DNA of 64,000 nucleotides from Hydrogenophaga sp. (GTDB taxonomy: Bacteria > Pseudomonadota > Gammaproteobacteria > Burkholderiales > Burkholderiaceae_C), in the NCBI RefSeq assembly GCF_050250835.1, contig NZ_JBFWNX010000019.1, positions 6,549 to 70,548 of the forward strand, written 5' to 3'. Every line of letters starts with the position of its first letter. The stretch's first letter is position 1. The notes under the pieces are model-generated. The model ran no database searches. It saw only the letters and a list, made by a program, of their open reading frames with translations, and had not been told where the DNA came from. A program made the translations under genes and the position numbers. Of the stretch, positions 27,469-36,142 are shown in pieces.

Positions 27469-29619
27469 ATGAAACGAATCCTGATCCTTGCCACCGTCGT
27501 GCTGCTGGTGGCCGCCTATTTCGGGCTGGGGCTGAACCGGTACCTGACCCTCGCCGCCGTGCAGGAGCGCCTGGGGGAATTTGAAGCCATGCGTCAGGCG
27601 GCCCCTGTCGCCACGGCGCTGGGCTTCTTTGGCCTGTATGTGCTGGCCACCGCCTTGTCCCTGCCCGGCGCGGTCATCCTCACGCTGGCGGCGGGCGCCC
27701 TGTTCGGCTTGGTGGCCGGCACGCTGATCGTCTCGTTCGCCTCCAGCGTGGGCGCCACGCTGGCGTTTCTGGCCTCGCGCCACCTGCTGCGCGACGGCGT
27801 GCAGGCGCGCTTTGGCAACCGGCTCAAGGCCATCAACGACGGCATGGCCCAAGACGGCGCGCTGTACCTGTTCACGCTGCGCCTGATTCCGGTGTTCCCG
27901 TTTTTCCTGGTCAACCTGCTCATGGGCCTGACCCCGATCCGCACCGGCACCTATTACGCGGTCAGCCAGCTGGGCATGCTCGCGGGCACCCTGGTCTACG
28001 TCAACGCCGGCACGCAGCTCGGCCAACTCAACAGCCTCTCGGGCATCCTCTCGCCCGGCGTCCTGCTTTCTTTTGTCCTGCTCGGAGTGTTTCCCATGAT
28101 CGCCAAGTCCGCCCTCGGTTTTCTGCAACGTCGCCGGGTGTATGCCAAGTGGCAGCGCCCCAAGACCTTTGACCGCAACCTGGTGGTCATCGGTGGCGGC
28201 GCGGCGGGTCTGGTCACTTCTTACATCGCGGCGGCCGTCAAAGCCAAGGTCACGCTGGTCGAGGCGCACAAGATGGGCGGCGACTGCCTGAACTACGGCT
28301 GCGTGCCCAGCAAGGCGCTGATCAAGTCGGCCAAGCTGGCCACCCAGATGCGCCGCGCCGACCACTACGGCCTGGAGGCCGCCACCCCCGCCTTCAGCTT
28401 CAGGCAGGTGATGGCGCGGGTGCACAAGGTCATCAGCGAGGTGGCGCCACACGACAGCGTGGAGCGCTACACCGGGCTGGGCGTGGAGGTATTGCAGGGC
28501 CGCGCCCGCATCGTCGATCCCTGGACGGTCGAGATCGCGCTCAACGGCGGCGGCACCCAGCGCCTGACCACGCGCAGCATCGTCATCGCCGCCGGTGCCC
28601 GCCCCTTCGTGCCGCCGCTGCCCGGCCTGGACGATGTGGGCTACGTCACCAGCGACACGCTGTGGGACGAGTTCGCCCAACTTGACGCGCCCCCGGCCCG
28701 CCTGGTGGTGCTGGGCGGTGGACCGATCGGCTGCGAGCTGGCGCAGAGCTTTGCGCGCCTGGGCTCGCAGGTGACCCAGGTGGAAATGGCGCCGCGCATC
28801 ATGATCCGGGAAGACGAAGAGGTCTCGGAACTGGCGCGTGACTCGCTGGTGCGCGACGGTGTGGATGTGCTCACCGGCCACAAGGCGCTGCGCTGCGAGC
28901 GCGAGGGCGAACGCAAATTCATCGTGGTGGAGCACCAGGGCCAGGAAAAGCGCATCGAGTTCGACGCGCTGCTGTGCGCGGTCGGCCGCGTGGCGCGGCT
29001 GCAGGGCTACGGTCTGGAAGAGCTGGGCATCCCCACGCAGCGCACGGTGGTGGTCAACGAATACCTCGAAACGCTGTACCCCAACATTTTTGCCGCGGGC
29101 GACGTGGCCGGGCCGTTCCAGTTCACCCACACGGCCGGGCACCAGGCCTGGTACGCCGCCGTCAACGCCCTGTTCGGCAGCTTCAAGAAATTCAAGGTCG
29201 ATTATTCGGTGATCCCCTGGGCCACGTTCATCGAGCCCGAGGTGGCGCGTGTGGGCCTGAACGAACAGGACGCGAAGGAAAAGAAGATCCTTTACGAGGT
29301 CACGAAATACGGCATCGACGACCTGGACCGCGCCATCGCCGACGGCTCTGCGCACGGCTTCGTCAAGGTGCTGACCGTACCGGGCAAAGACCGCATTCTG
29401 GGCGTGACCATCGTGGGCGAACATGCCGGCGACCTGCTGGCCGAGTTCGTGCTGGCCATGAAACACAGCCTGGGATTGAACAAGATCCTGGGCACCATCC
29501 ACACCTACCCCACGCTGGCCGAGGCCAACAAATACGCCGCTGGGGAATGGAAACGCGCCCACGCGCCCCAGGGCGTGCTGGCCTGGCTGGGCCGCTACCA
29601 CGCCTGGCGCCGAGGCTGA
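27469..29619 (+). CDS. TVP38/SNARE-associated membrane domain fused to a pyridine nucleotide-disulfide oxidoreductase (MerA/LpdA-like)
   Basis: LFTLRLIPVFPF DedA/TVP38 motif; GGDCLNYGCVPSK; GGGPIG; no C-terminal CC. Confidence 0.9.
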   Translation: MKRILILATVVLLVAAYFGLGLNRYLTLAAVQERLGEFEAMRQAAPVATALGFFGLYVLATALSLPGAVILTLAAGALFGLVAGTLIVSFASSVGATLAFLASRHLLRDGVQARFGNRLKAINDGMAQDGALYLFTLRLIPVFPFFLVNLLMGLTPIRTGTYYAVSQLGMLAGTLVYVNAGTQLGQLNSLSGILSPGVLLSFVLLGVFPMIAKSALGFLQRRRVYAKWQRPKTFDRNLVVIGGGAAGLVTSYIAAAVKAKVTLVEAHKMGGDCLNYGCVPSKALIKSAKLATQMRRADHYGLEAATPAFSFRQVMARVHKVISEVAPHDSVERYTGLGVEVLQGRARIVDPWTVEIALNGGGTQRLTTRSIVIAAGARPFVPPLPGLDDVGYVTSDTLWDEFAQLDAPPARLVVLGGGPIGCELAQSFARLGSQVTQVEMAPRIMIREDEEVSELARDSLVRDGVDVLTGHKALRCEREGERKFIVVEHQGQEKRIEFDALLCAVGRVARLQGYGLEELGIPTQRTVVVNEYLETLYPNIFAAGDVAGPFQFTHTAGHQAWYAAVNALFGSFKKFKVDYSVIPWATFIEPEVARVGLNEQDAKEKKILYEVTKYGIDDLDRAIADGSAHGFVKVLTVPGKDRILGVTIVGEHAGDLLAEFVLAMKHSLGLNKILGTIHTYPTLAEANKYAAGEWKRAHAPQGVLAWLGRYHAWRRG

Positions 29620-29632
29620 AAGGAAAACCACC

Positions 29633-30679
29633 ATGGCCAAGACACCCGCCCCGCAGGTCCATCTGCAACTGCCCGACGGCCCTGAACGCGACGCCCTGCG
29701 CGCCGGTCTGCTGGCCCTGCAATGCATCCCGGTGAACCTGCCGCCGCCGGGTGCAGCGCTCACAGAGCAGCTGGAACACCTGGCGCAGGACCCCAGGGCG
29801 GTGGTGTTCCTGGACATCTCCAATGCCCTGCCCAGGGTCACTCACCGGTTCGACCGCATCCTCAAGACCTGGCCCCAGGCCCTGAAGGCCCGAACGGTGC
29901 TGACCCGGCTGGCCGCCGGGCACGTGAGCCCCGCCGACCGCACCTGGGTGCAGTCGCTGGGGTTTGCCGACCTGATCGCTTCGTTCGAAGACCACGCGCC
30001 TGCATCGCCCTTGCGGCGATCGCTGGACATGGTCGCGGCCACCGTGGGCTTGCCTGCGCTGGCGGCCGGGGACCTTGACCGCTACCTGCGCGCCGTCCCC
30101 ACCGCGCCGTCCAGCCTGTCGCCCCGCGCGCTCATCCGCGCTCGCACAGGACTTGAAGCCGAGGCGCTGGCGGACCTGCTGCAGTTCAAGCTCGACATCC
30201 GCGACCGCAGCTACCACCTCAAGAAGTACCCCGCCTGTTTTCTCGCGACCGAGGCGGTGGCCTGGATGGGCTCGCATTTCAAACTGGGGCGCGCGGAGGT
30301 GATCGAAGTTGGCGTGGCCTTGCAGACCCTGGGCCTGCTCTACCACGTAGCCCACGAACAGGCTTTTGCCGACGAGGACCTGTTCTTCCGGCTGCGCGCA
30401 CCGGCCCAGTTGCCCAACGTGAACCTGGGGCTGGTCCTGCAGACCCTGCGCGATCGATTGGTGGTGGTGGACCGCAGCTACCTCGGCAAGGACTACCCGA
30501 GCTGCTGGATCGGCCAAGAGGCGGTCGATGCGCTCTGCGCCAAACGCAACATCACGCGCCATGAGAGCCAGCTGATCCTGCACCGGCTGATGCAGTTCGG
30601 GTGCTTTGAACACGTTGTCGGCGAACATGGTTTCATCGACGGCAACTTCTTCTACCGGTTCAACGAAGGCCTGGCCTGA
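29633..30679 (+). CDS. Protein with two DEP domains and a degenerate receiver-like N-terminus
   Basis: IRDRSYHLKKYPACFLATEAVAW...LYHV..EQAF.DEDLFFRL and VVDRSYLGKDYPSCWIGQEAVD...FEHV..EHGFIDGNFFYRF. Confidence 0.8.
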   Translation: MAKTPAPQVHLQLPDGPERDALRAGLLALQCIPVNLPPPGAALTEQLEHLAQDPRAVVFLDISNALPRVTHRFDRILKTWPQALKARTVLTRLAAGHVSPADRTWVQSLGFADLIASFEDHAPASPLRRSLDMVAATVGLPALAAGDLDRYLRAVPTAPSSLSPRALIRARTGLEAEALADLLQFKLDIRDRSYHLKKYPACFLATEAVAWMGSHFKLGRAEVIEVGVALQTLGLLYHVAHEQAFADEDLFFRLRAPAQLPNVNLGLVLQTLRDRLVVVDRSYLGKDYPSCWIGQEAVDALCAKRNITRHESQLILHRLMQFGCFEHVVGEHGFIDGNFFYRFNEGLA

Positions 30680-30696
30680 ACCGACATCACGCACCG

Positions 30697-31371
30697 ATGC
30701 GCTGTTCCATCATCGTTCCCATGCTCAACGAAGCGCAGGGCTTGCCTCGCCTGCTGGCGCGGCTGCGCGCGCTAGAGCGCCAGGGATGCGAGGTGCTGAT
30801 CGTGGACGGCGGCAGCGACGACGGCGGTGCTGAGCGGGCTGCGCAGGCTGGGTTTCGGGTGCTGTCGTCGCCGCGGGGGCGCGCCCGGCAAATGAACCAG
30901 GGCGCCGCACACGCCACAGGCGACGTGCTGCTGTTCCTGCACGCCGACACTCAACTGCCTGACGGCGCCCTTGTCACCCTCCGCCGAGCACTGCAGCGGT
31001 CCGGCGCGCCCTGGGGCCGGTTCGACGTGGTCATCGAGGGCCGCCACCCCATGCTGCGCGTGGTGGCCTGGCTGATGAACCTGCGCTCGCGCTGGACCGG
31101 CATCGCCACCGGCGACCAGGCGATCTTCGTCACACGCGAGGCCTTCGACACCGTGGGCGGCTACCCCGACCAGCCCCTGATGGAGGACATCGAACTGTCC
31201 AGCCGCCTGCTCCATCGCGCCCGCCCGGTGTGCATTCGCGACCGTGTGCAGACCTCGGGGCGCCGCTGGGAAAGCAGGGGCGTCTGGCGCACCGTGCTGC
31301 TGATGTGGCAACTGCGCTGGGCCTACTGGCGTGGCGCACCGGCCGTGCAGCTGGCACAACGTTACCGGTGA
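30697..31371 (+). CDS. GT2 glycosyltransferase (TIGR04283-like)
   Basis: IIVPMLNEA, VDGGS.D, GRARQMN.GA, FLHADT, TGDQAIFV, LMEDIE, TSGRRW. Confidence 0.9.
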   Translation: MRCSIIVPMLNEAQGLPRLLARLRALERQGCEVLIVDGGSDDGGAERAAQAGFRVLSSPRGRARQMNQGAAHATGDVLLFLHADTQLPDGALVTLRRALQRSGAPWGRFDVVIEGRHPMLRVVAWLMNLRSRWTGIATGDQAIFVTREAFDTVGGYPDQPLMEDIELSSRLLHRARPVCIRDRVQTSGRRWESRGVWRTVLLMWQLRWAYWRGAPAVQLAQRYR

Positions 31372-31378
31372 CCGCCTC

Positions 31379-32008
31379 ATGGCCGATGAACCCCGCATCG
31401 TCATCTTCGCCAAGGCACCCGTGGCGGGCCTGGCAAAGACCCGGCTGATCCCGGCGCTGGGTGCACAGCGGGCGGCCCGACTCGCTGCCAAGATGCTGAA
31501 CCACGCGGTGGAACAGGCCCTGGCCAGCGAGGTCGGTCCGGTGGAGCTGTGCGTGACGCCAGCGCCGCAAGACCCGATGTGGGCCGGGCGGTTGCCCAGG
31601 CATGCAGCGTTGACCTTCAGTGACCAGGGCGATGGCGATCTGGGCGAGCGCATGGCGCGGGCCGCACGGCGCACGCTGGAGGCCGGTCGGCCGGTGCTGC
31701 TGATGGGAACCGACTGCCCCGCCCTCACCGCAGAGCGCCTGCGCTCCGCCAGCGAGGCCCTGATGACGAGCGATGCCGTCATGATCCCGGCAACCGATGG
31801 CGGCTATGTGCTGCTGGGACTGCGACGTTTTGCCGTCAGCCTGTTCCATGACATCGCATGGAGCACCGAGCACGTGGCAGCAGCCACGCGAGATCGGCTT
31901 TGCGCCCTGGGTTGGCCCTTGAACGAAAAGGCACCGCTACACGACATCGACGAGCCCGATGACCTGCGTTGGCTCCCGACCGACTGGGACGGCGTTAGTC
32001 GGGTCTGA
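31379..32008 (+). CDS. TIGR04282/DUF2064 CofC-like nucleotidyltransferase-fold protein
   Basis: IFAKAP..G.AKTRL, QGDGDLGERM, GTDCP, PATDGGYVLLG, WST, DIDEPDD. Confidence 0.88.
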   Translation: MADEPRIVIFAKAPVAGLAKTRLIPALGAQRAARLAAKMLNHAVEQALASEVGPVELCVTPAPQDPMWAGRLPRHAALTFSDQGDGDLGERMARAARRTLEAGRPVLLMGTDCPALTAERLRSASEALMTSDAVMIPATDGGYVLLGLRRFAVSLFHDIAWSTEHVAAATRDRLCALGWPLNEKAPLHDIDEPDDLRWLPTDWDGVSRV

Positions 32009-32606
32009 ACACCTGCATGCCCGTGGCGATGCGCGTGAGGATCGTGAGCGCGCACAAGGCGGAAAACCCATAGGCCAACACACTGAACGCTTCAGGCCAC
32101 AGGCACATCAGCACGAACACCGTGATGGTTTCTGTGCTCTCGGAGAGCCCCCCCAGGTAGTAGATGCCCTTGCCAGCGTACGCGACGCTTGACAGCCCTC
32201 TTTGAGCGGCCAGCACCGCAAAAGCCAGAAAACTGCTGCCCGTACCGACGAACGAAAACAGCAACACAGTGGAAGCGAGGGCATGCTGCTCTGGCTTGGC
32301 GAGCGCGAACGCCATCGGAATGGACGCATAGAAAAGAAAATCCAGGGCGATGTCGAGGAACGCGCCTCGGTCCGTGGGCTGTGTCAATCGGGCCATGGTG
32401 CCGTCCAGCCCATCGGCAAGGCGATTCAGAAAGATCGTGATCAAGGCCCACTGAGACATCCCCAGAGCGATCAACGGCACTGAAAGCAGCCCGATCACAA
32501 AGCCCACCCAAGTGAGGTGATCGGCCTTCAATCCCCAGTTCAACAGCCGCAAGGCAACGGCTTGCAGCGGGGATTTGAGTCGCTGGTTGAGCGTTGCGTC
32601 AAACAT
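31995..32606 (-). CDS. ynjF: CDP-alcohol phosphatidyltransferase family (YnjF-like)
   Basis: DGLDGTMAR...GAFLDIALD signature. Confidence 0.88.
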   Translation of the reverse strand: MFDATLNQRLKSPLQAVALRLLNWGLKADHLTWVGFVIGLLSVPLIALGMSQWALITIFLNRLADGLDGTMARLTQPTDRGAFLDIALDFLFYASIPMAFALAKPEQHALASTVLLFSFVGTGSSFLAFAVLAAQRGLSSVAYAGKGIYYLGGLSESTETITVFVLMCLWPEAFSVLAYGFSALCALTILTRIATGMQVFRPD

Positions 32607-33246
32607 GCTGGGCCTGCCACTGGTGAATGTCCATGACCCGCCCACCCTGAGGCACATCGCCTGGGTCGTGGGTGACCAACAGGGTAGGAATGCCTTGACG
32701 CGCGATTTGCTCGAACACCAGCTCGCGGAACTGCACACGCAAACTGGCGTCGAGCTTGGAAAATGGTTCGTCCAGCAGCAGCGCACAAGGCTCGGCCAGC
32801 AGCGCCCGCATCAAACTCACACGGGCGCGCTGCCCGCCCGACAATGTGGCGGGGTCGCGGTCGTGGAATCCGGCCAGACCGATGTCCTGCAACGTCTGCT
32901 CCACCCGGGCGCGCCGCGCGGCAGCGCTACCCACCGCGCCCGGCAAGGCAAAGGCCAGGTTCTGCCCCACGCTCAGGTGCGGAAACAGCAGGTCGTCCTG
33001 GAACAGGATGCCGATGCCCCGCGATTCCACCGGCAGGCCATCGCGCCGCTGGCCGTCCAGCCACAGCTCGCCACTGGCCTGGAAAGCGGGGTCGAGATCG
33101 CCCACCAGCCAGTTCAGCAAGGTGGATTTGCCCGAGCCCGAGGCGCCGGTGATGGTCGCCACGGCACCAGCCTCCACCCGCAGGTTCAGGTTCGTGACCA
33201 GCGCCAGGCGGCCCTGCGCAATGGTGAGGTTCTTGATGTCCAGCAT
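32599..33246 (-). CDS. ynjD: ABC transporter ATPase (YnjD-like)
   Basis: GASGSGKS, LSGGQ, LLDEPF. Confidence 0.88.
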   Translation of the reverse strand: MLDIKNLTIAQGRLALVTNLNLRVEAGAVATITGASGSGKSTLLNWLVGDLDPAFQASGELWLDGQRRDGLPVESRGIGILFQDDLLFPHLSVGQNLAFALPGAVGSAAARRARVEQTLQDIGLAGFHDRDPATLSGGQRARVSLMRALLAEPCALLLDEPFSKLDASLRVQFRELVFEQIARQGIPTLLVTHDPGDVPQGGRVMDIHQWQAQHV

Positions 33247-33247
33247 G

Positions 33248-34915
33248 TCAGCGAAGTCCTTTGCGGCAACGACCCGCCCATTGGGCCATCAGCGCAGCGA
33301 GCCCGAAACCCAGCAGCGGCAAGGCGATCTGCAGCAGCGCCTGCACCGCCAGCACGCGGCGGTTGCCGCCGGCGCTCAGGCCCACCGCCTCGGTCGTGAC
33401 CGTCACAAACCGACCACCGCCCGCAAACAGCGTGGGCAGGTACTGCGCCACGCTGACGGCAAAGCCGACCGCCAGCGCGGCCAGGATGGGCTTGATCAGC
33501 ATCGGCCACTTCACGCGCAGACAGGCCCCCAGGGGGGACTGCCCGAGCGCGCGCGCGGTGGTCATGAGGCGGCGGTCAAAGGCGCGGTAGGGGCCGACCA
33601 GCGTGAGCACCATGTACGGCAGCACCCACAGCAGGTGGCTCCAGACCAGGCCGGCGGCGGTGCCGTCGCCCTGCAGGCGCAGCAGCGCGGCGTACTGCGC
33701 CGCCACCAGAGGCAGCGCGGGAATGATCAGCGGCACATACAGCACGGCGTTGAAGCGCTGCGGCCCCCACTCCAGCCAGACCAGGGTGGCCGGCAGGCAC
33801 AGCAGCGTGGCGGCAGCCGCCAGCCACAGCGTGGTCCAGAACGGTGCCCAGTCGGCCTGCATCCAGGTGCGCAGCGACAAGGCGTCGGGCCACAGTGCCG
33901 GGAAGAACCAGGTGTCGGCCAGCGACCACAGCACCAGCACCGCCACCACCGCATAGCCCACCAGATACAGGGGCTGGTGCAGGCCCAGCCGCGACGCTGT
34001 TGCCGCTGGCTTTCGTTCGCCCGCCGGGTAGGCCGCGCGCCGCGCGATCTGCCGCCAGGCCCACCGCGCACCACCGGCGATCAGCAGGAACAGCCCCAGC
34101 AGCACCAGCGAAGCCGCCGCCCCTTTGGCCTGCGTGGCCGCATCGGGGTCGGTCAGCCACTGCCAGACCAGCACGGCCAGTGTGGGTGGCGTGCTCGGCC
34201 CCAGGATCACCGCCATGTCCACCACCGACAGGCCATAGGCGAGCACCGCCGCCAGCGGCCAGCCCAGGCGCGGCAGCAGCTGGGGCCACAGCACATGACG
34301 CCAAGTCTGTGCGCGGTTGTAGCCCAGGGATCGGGCCACCACCATGTGCCGCTGCACCGTCTGCTCGCCCAGCACCGCCACCAGCACCCAGAGCAGGAAC
34401 CAGCTTTCTTTCAAGCCCAGCGCCAAGGCCAGACTCAGCGCAAAGGGGTCCTGCACCGTGGTCCATGGCGGCGGCTCCAGCCAGCCCAGCAACGGCGCCA
34501 CCGCCCGCACCAGCCAGCCGGACGGCGAGAGAAGGAAAAAAAGCCCGACGGCAAACGCCGCGTGGGGCACCGACAGCAGCAAGGGCAGCCGCCGCTGCAG
34601 CGCCAGCCAGCGCGGCCCCGGATACAGCGCGGTGGCCAGCCCGGCCGCCAGTCCCACCCCCAGCGCAGTGCCCAGCCCGGCAGACAGCAGGGTCGCGCGC
34701 AAGGCCTGTGGCCACTGGGTGTCGGCCCACAGCGACTGCCAGACCGCCAGGTCCAGGGCCGGCACGAGCGCCCAGTACAGGCCCGGCAGCATGGGGCCGA
34801 GGATCAGCGCCACCGGCAGCGCCGCCAGCCAGACCGGCGACAAACGCCGTCGGGCTCCCGAAGAGCCGGGTGGCGAGCTGCGCCGGATCAGCGGGAACCG
34901 TAGCGCTTGAGCCAC
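33248..34915 (-). CDS. ynjC: ABC transporter permease (YnjC-like; start uncertain)
   Basis: Two permease repeats, PHAAFAVG, AVSVAQYLPTLFAGGGR. Confidence 0.85.
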   Translation of the reverse strand: MAQALRFPLIRRSSPPGSSGARRRLSPVWLAALPVALILGPMLPGLYWALVPALDLAVWQSLWADTQWPQALRATLLSAGLGTALGVGLAAGLATALYPGPRWLALQRRLPLLLSVPHAAFAVGLFFLLSPSGWLVRAVAPLLGWLEPPPWTTVQDPFALSLALALGLKESWFLLWVLVAVLGEQTVQRHMVVARSLGYNRAQTWRHVLWPQLLPRLGWPLAAVLAYGLSVVDMAVILGPSTPPTLAVLVWQWLTDPDAATQAKGAAASLVLLGLFLLIAGGARWAWRQIARRAAYPAGERKPAATASRLGLHQPLYLVGYAVVAVLVLWSLADTWFFPALWPDALSLRTWMQADWAPFWTTLWLAAAATLLCLPATLVWLEWGPQRFNAVLYVPLIIPALPLVAAQYAALLRLQGDGTAAGLVWSHLLWVLPYMVLTLVGPYRAFDRRLMTTARALGQSPLGACLRVKWPMLIKPILAALAVGFAVSVAQYLPTLFAGGGRFVTVTTEAVGLSAGGNRRVLAVQALLQIALPLLGFGLAALMAQWAGRCRKGLR

Positions 34916-36063
34916 TCGGTCTCCAGCGCCTCCACCCAGCTGGCGTGGGGCTCGGCCAGCGTGGGCACGGCCTCGGCCAGTGCACCGGGCGCGGTCTTGC
35001 GCATGGCGGCCTGGGTGGCGGACGGCAGCTTGTTCACGTCCAGCACGCTGCCATCACCCCAGACGGTGATGTCGGCCTTGCGGGCCTGGGCCTCGGGCGA
35101 CAGCAGGAAATTGGCCACCACCTGAGCGCCCGCCGCCGCCTTGGCGTTGACGGGGATGCCGACGAAGTGCACGTTGCCAATGGTGCCGCCGGTGAAGCCG
35201 AAGCTGTAGGCGGTGGCGGGCAGCTGGCGCGTGGCAATCAGGTTGGCGGCCTCGTTGGGGTTGAAGGTCAGCGAGAGCTTGAGCTCGCCGTCGGCCAGCA
35301 TGCGGTGCATCTCGGCCGCACTGGCGGGAAAGGCCTTGCCACCGCGCCAGAGCTGCGGGTGCAACTGGTCCAGGTACGCCCACAGCGGCGCGGTCGAGGT
35401 GTTGAAGCTGGCGGGTGTGACAGGCACCTGCAGCACCTTGCGATCCGGGGCCAGCTCGATCAGCGCCTGTTTGACGAAGGTGGTGCCGTGAAAGTCGGTC
35501 GGCTTGGGGTAGCTCACCCGACCCGCGTTGGCCTTGGCAAAGGCCAGCAAGTCTGCGGCCGAACGGGGCGGCACGGGTGTCTTGGCCTTGTCGGCGATGA
35601 AGGTCAGCTGCGCGGTGCCCCAGGGCGCCTCATAGCCGTCGGTGGGCACCGAGAAATCGCTGCGCACCGGCTTGTTCAGGTCGACCGCGCCCCAGTTGGG
35701 CAATGCTTCGGCCCAGGGACCGAACAGCAAGCCGCCTTGCTTGAGGTTGCGGAAGTTCTCGCCGTTGATCCACATCAGGTCGATCGAACCATCGGTGCGG
35801 CGCCCGGCTGCCACCTCGGTCTGCACCCGCTTGACCACCTCGGCCGTGTCCGTCACCTTGACGTGACGAAGCTCCACGCCATAGCGGCTCTTGACCTGCT
35901 GCGCCACCCAGCCGATGTAGGCATTGGTTGCCTCACTACCGCCCCAGGCGTTGAAAAACACAGTCTGGCCTTTGGCATCGGCCTCGGTCTTGGCCCAGTC
36001 GGCGCTCGCGGCCAAAGGGAACGACAGGCTGAGGGCCAGGGTGGTCAGGGGAAACCATTTCAT
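34888..36063 (-). CDS. ynjB: ABC transporter substrate-binding protein (YnjB-like)
   Basis: Signal peptide; GQTVFFNAWGG, DLMWINGENF, EAPWG, GNVHFVGIP. Confidence 0.88.
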   Translation of the reverse strand: MKWFPLTTLALSLSFPLAASADWAKTEADAKGQTVFFNAWGGSEATNAYIGWVAQQVKSRYGVELRHVKVTDTAEVVKRVQTEVAAGRRTDGSIDLMWINGENFRNLKQGGLLFGPWAEALPNWGAVDLNKPVRSDFSVPTDGYEAPWGTAQLTFIADKAKTPVPPRSAADLLAFAKANAGRVSYPKPTDFHGTTFVKQALIELAPDRKVLQVPVTPASFNTSTAPLWAYLDQLHPQLWRGGKAFPASAAEMHRMLADGELKLSLTFNPNEAANLIATRQLPATAYSFGFTGGTIGNVHFVGIPVNAKAAAGAQVVANFLLSPEAQARKADITVWGDGSVLDVNKLPSATQAAMRKTAPGALAEAVPTLAEPHASWVEALETEWLKRYGSR

Positions 36064-36100
36064 GCGTGAACGCTCCGTATAAGAGGATGGGAAAGCCCAT

Positions 36101-36128
36101 AGTCGGATGAGCACCCCAAATGCTTACA
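36101..36128 (-). promoter_or_regulatory. ECF promoter variant A (TGTAAG-N17-CGACT) for ynjBCDF
   Basis: Plus strand AGTCG 36101-36105, CTTACA 36123-36128. Confidence 0.8.
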
Positions 36129-36142
36129 GGCAAGGGCACGCT

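Noticed and set aside
27469-29619. Calling this gene merA to complete the mer operon
   Set aside because: No NmerA domain or C-terminal Cys pair, fused to TVP38, and 9 kb from merR under a different promoter
23548-29841. 2097-aa minus-strand ORF
   Set aside because: Antisense shadow of cusA, selD and the flavoreductase in high-GC DNA; no recognisable motifs
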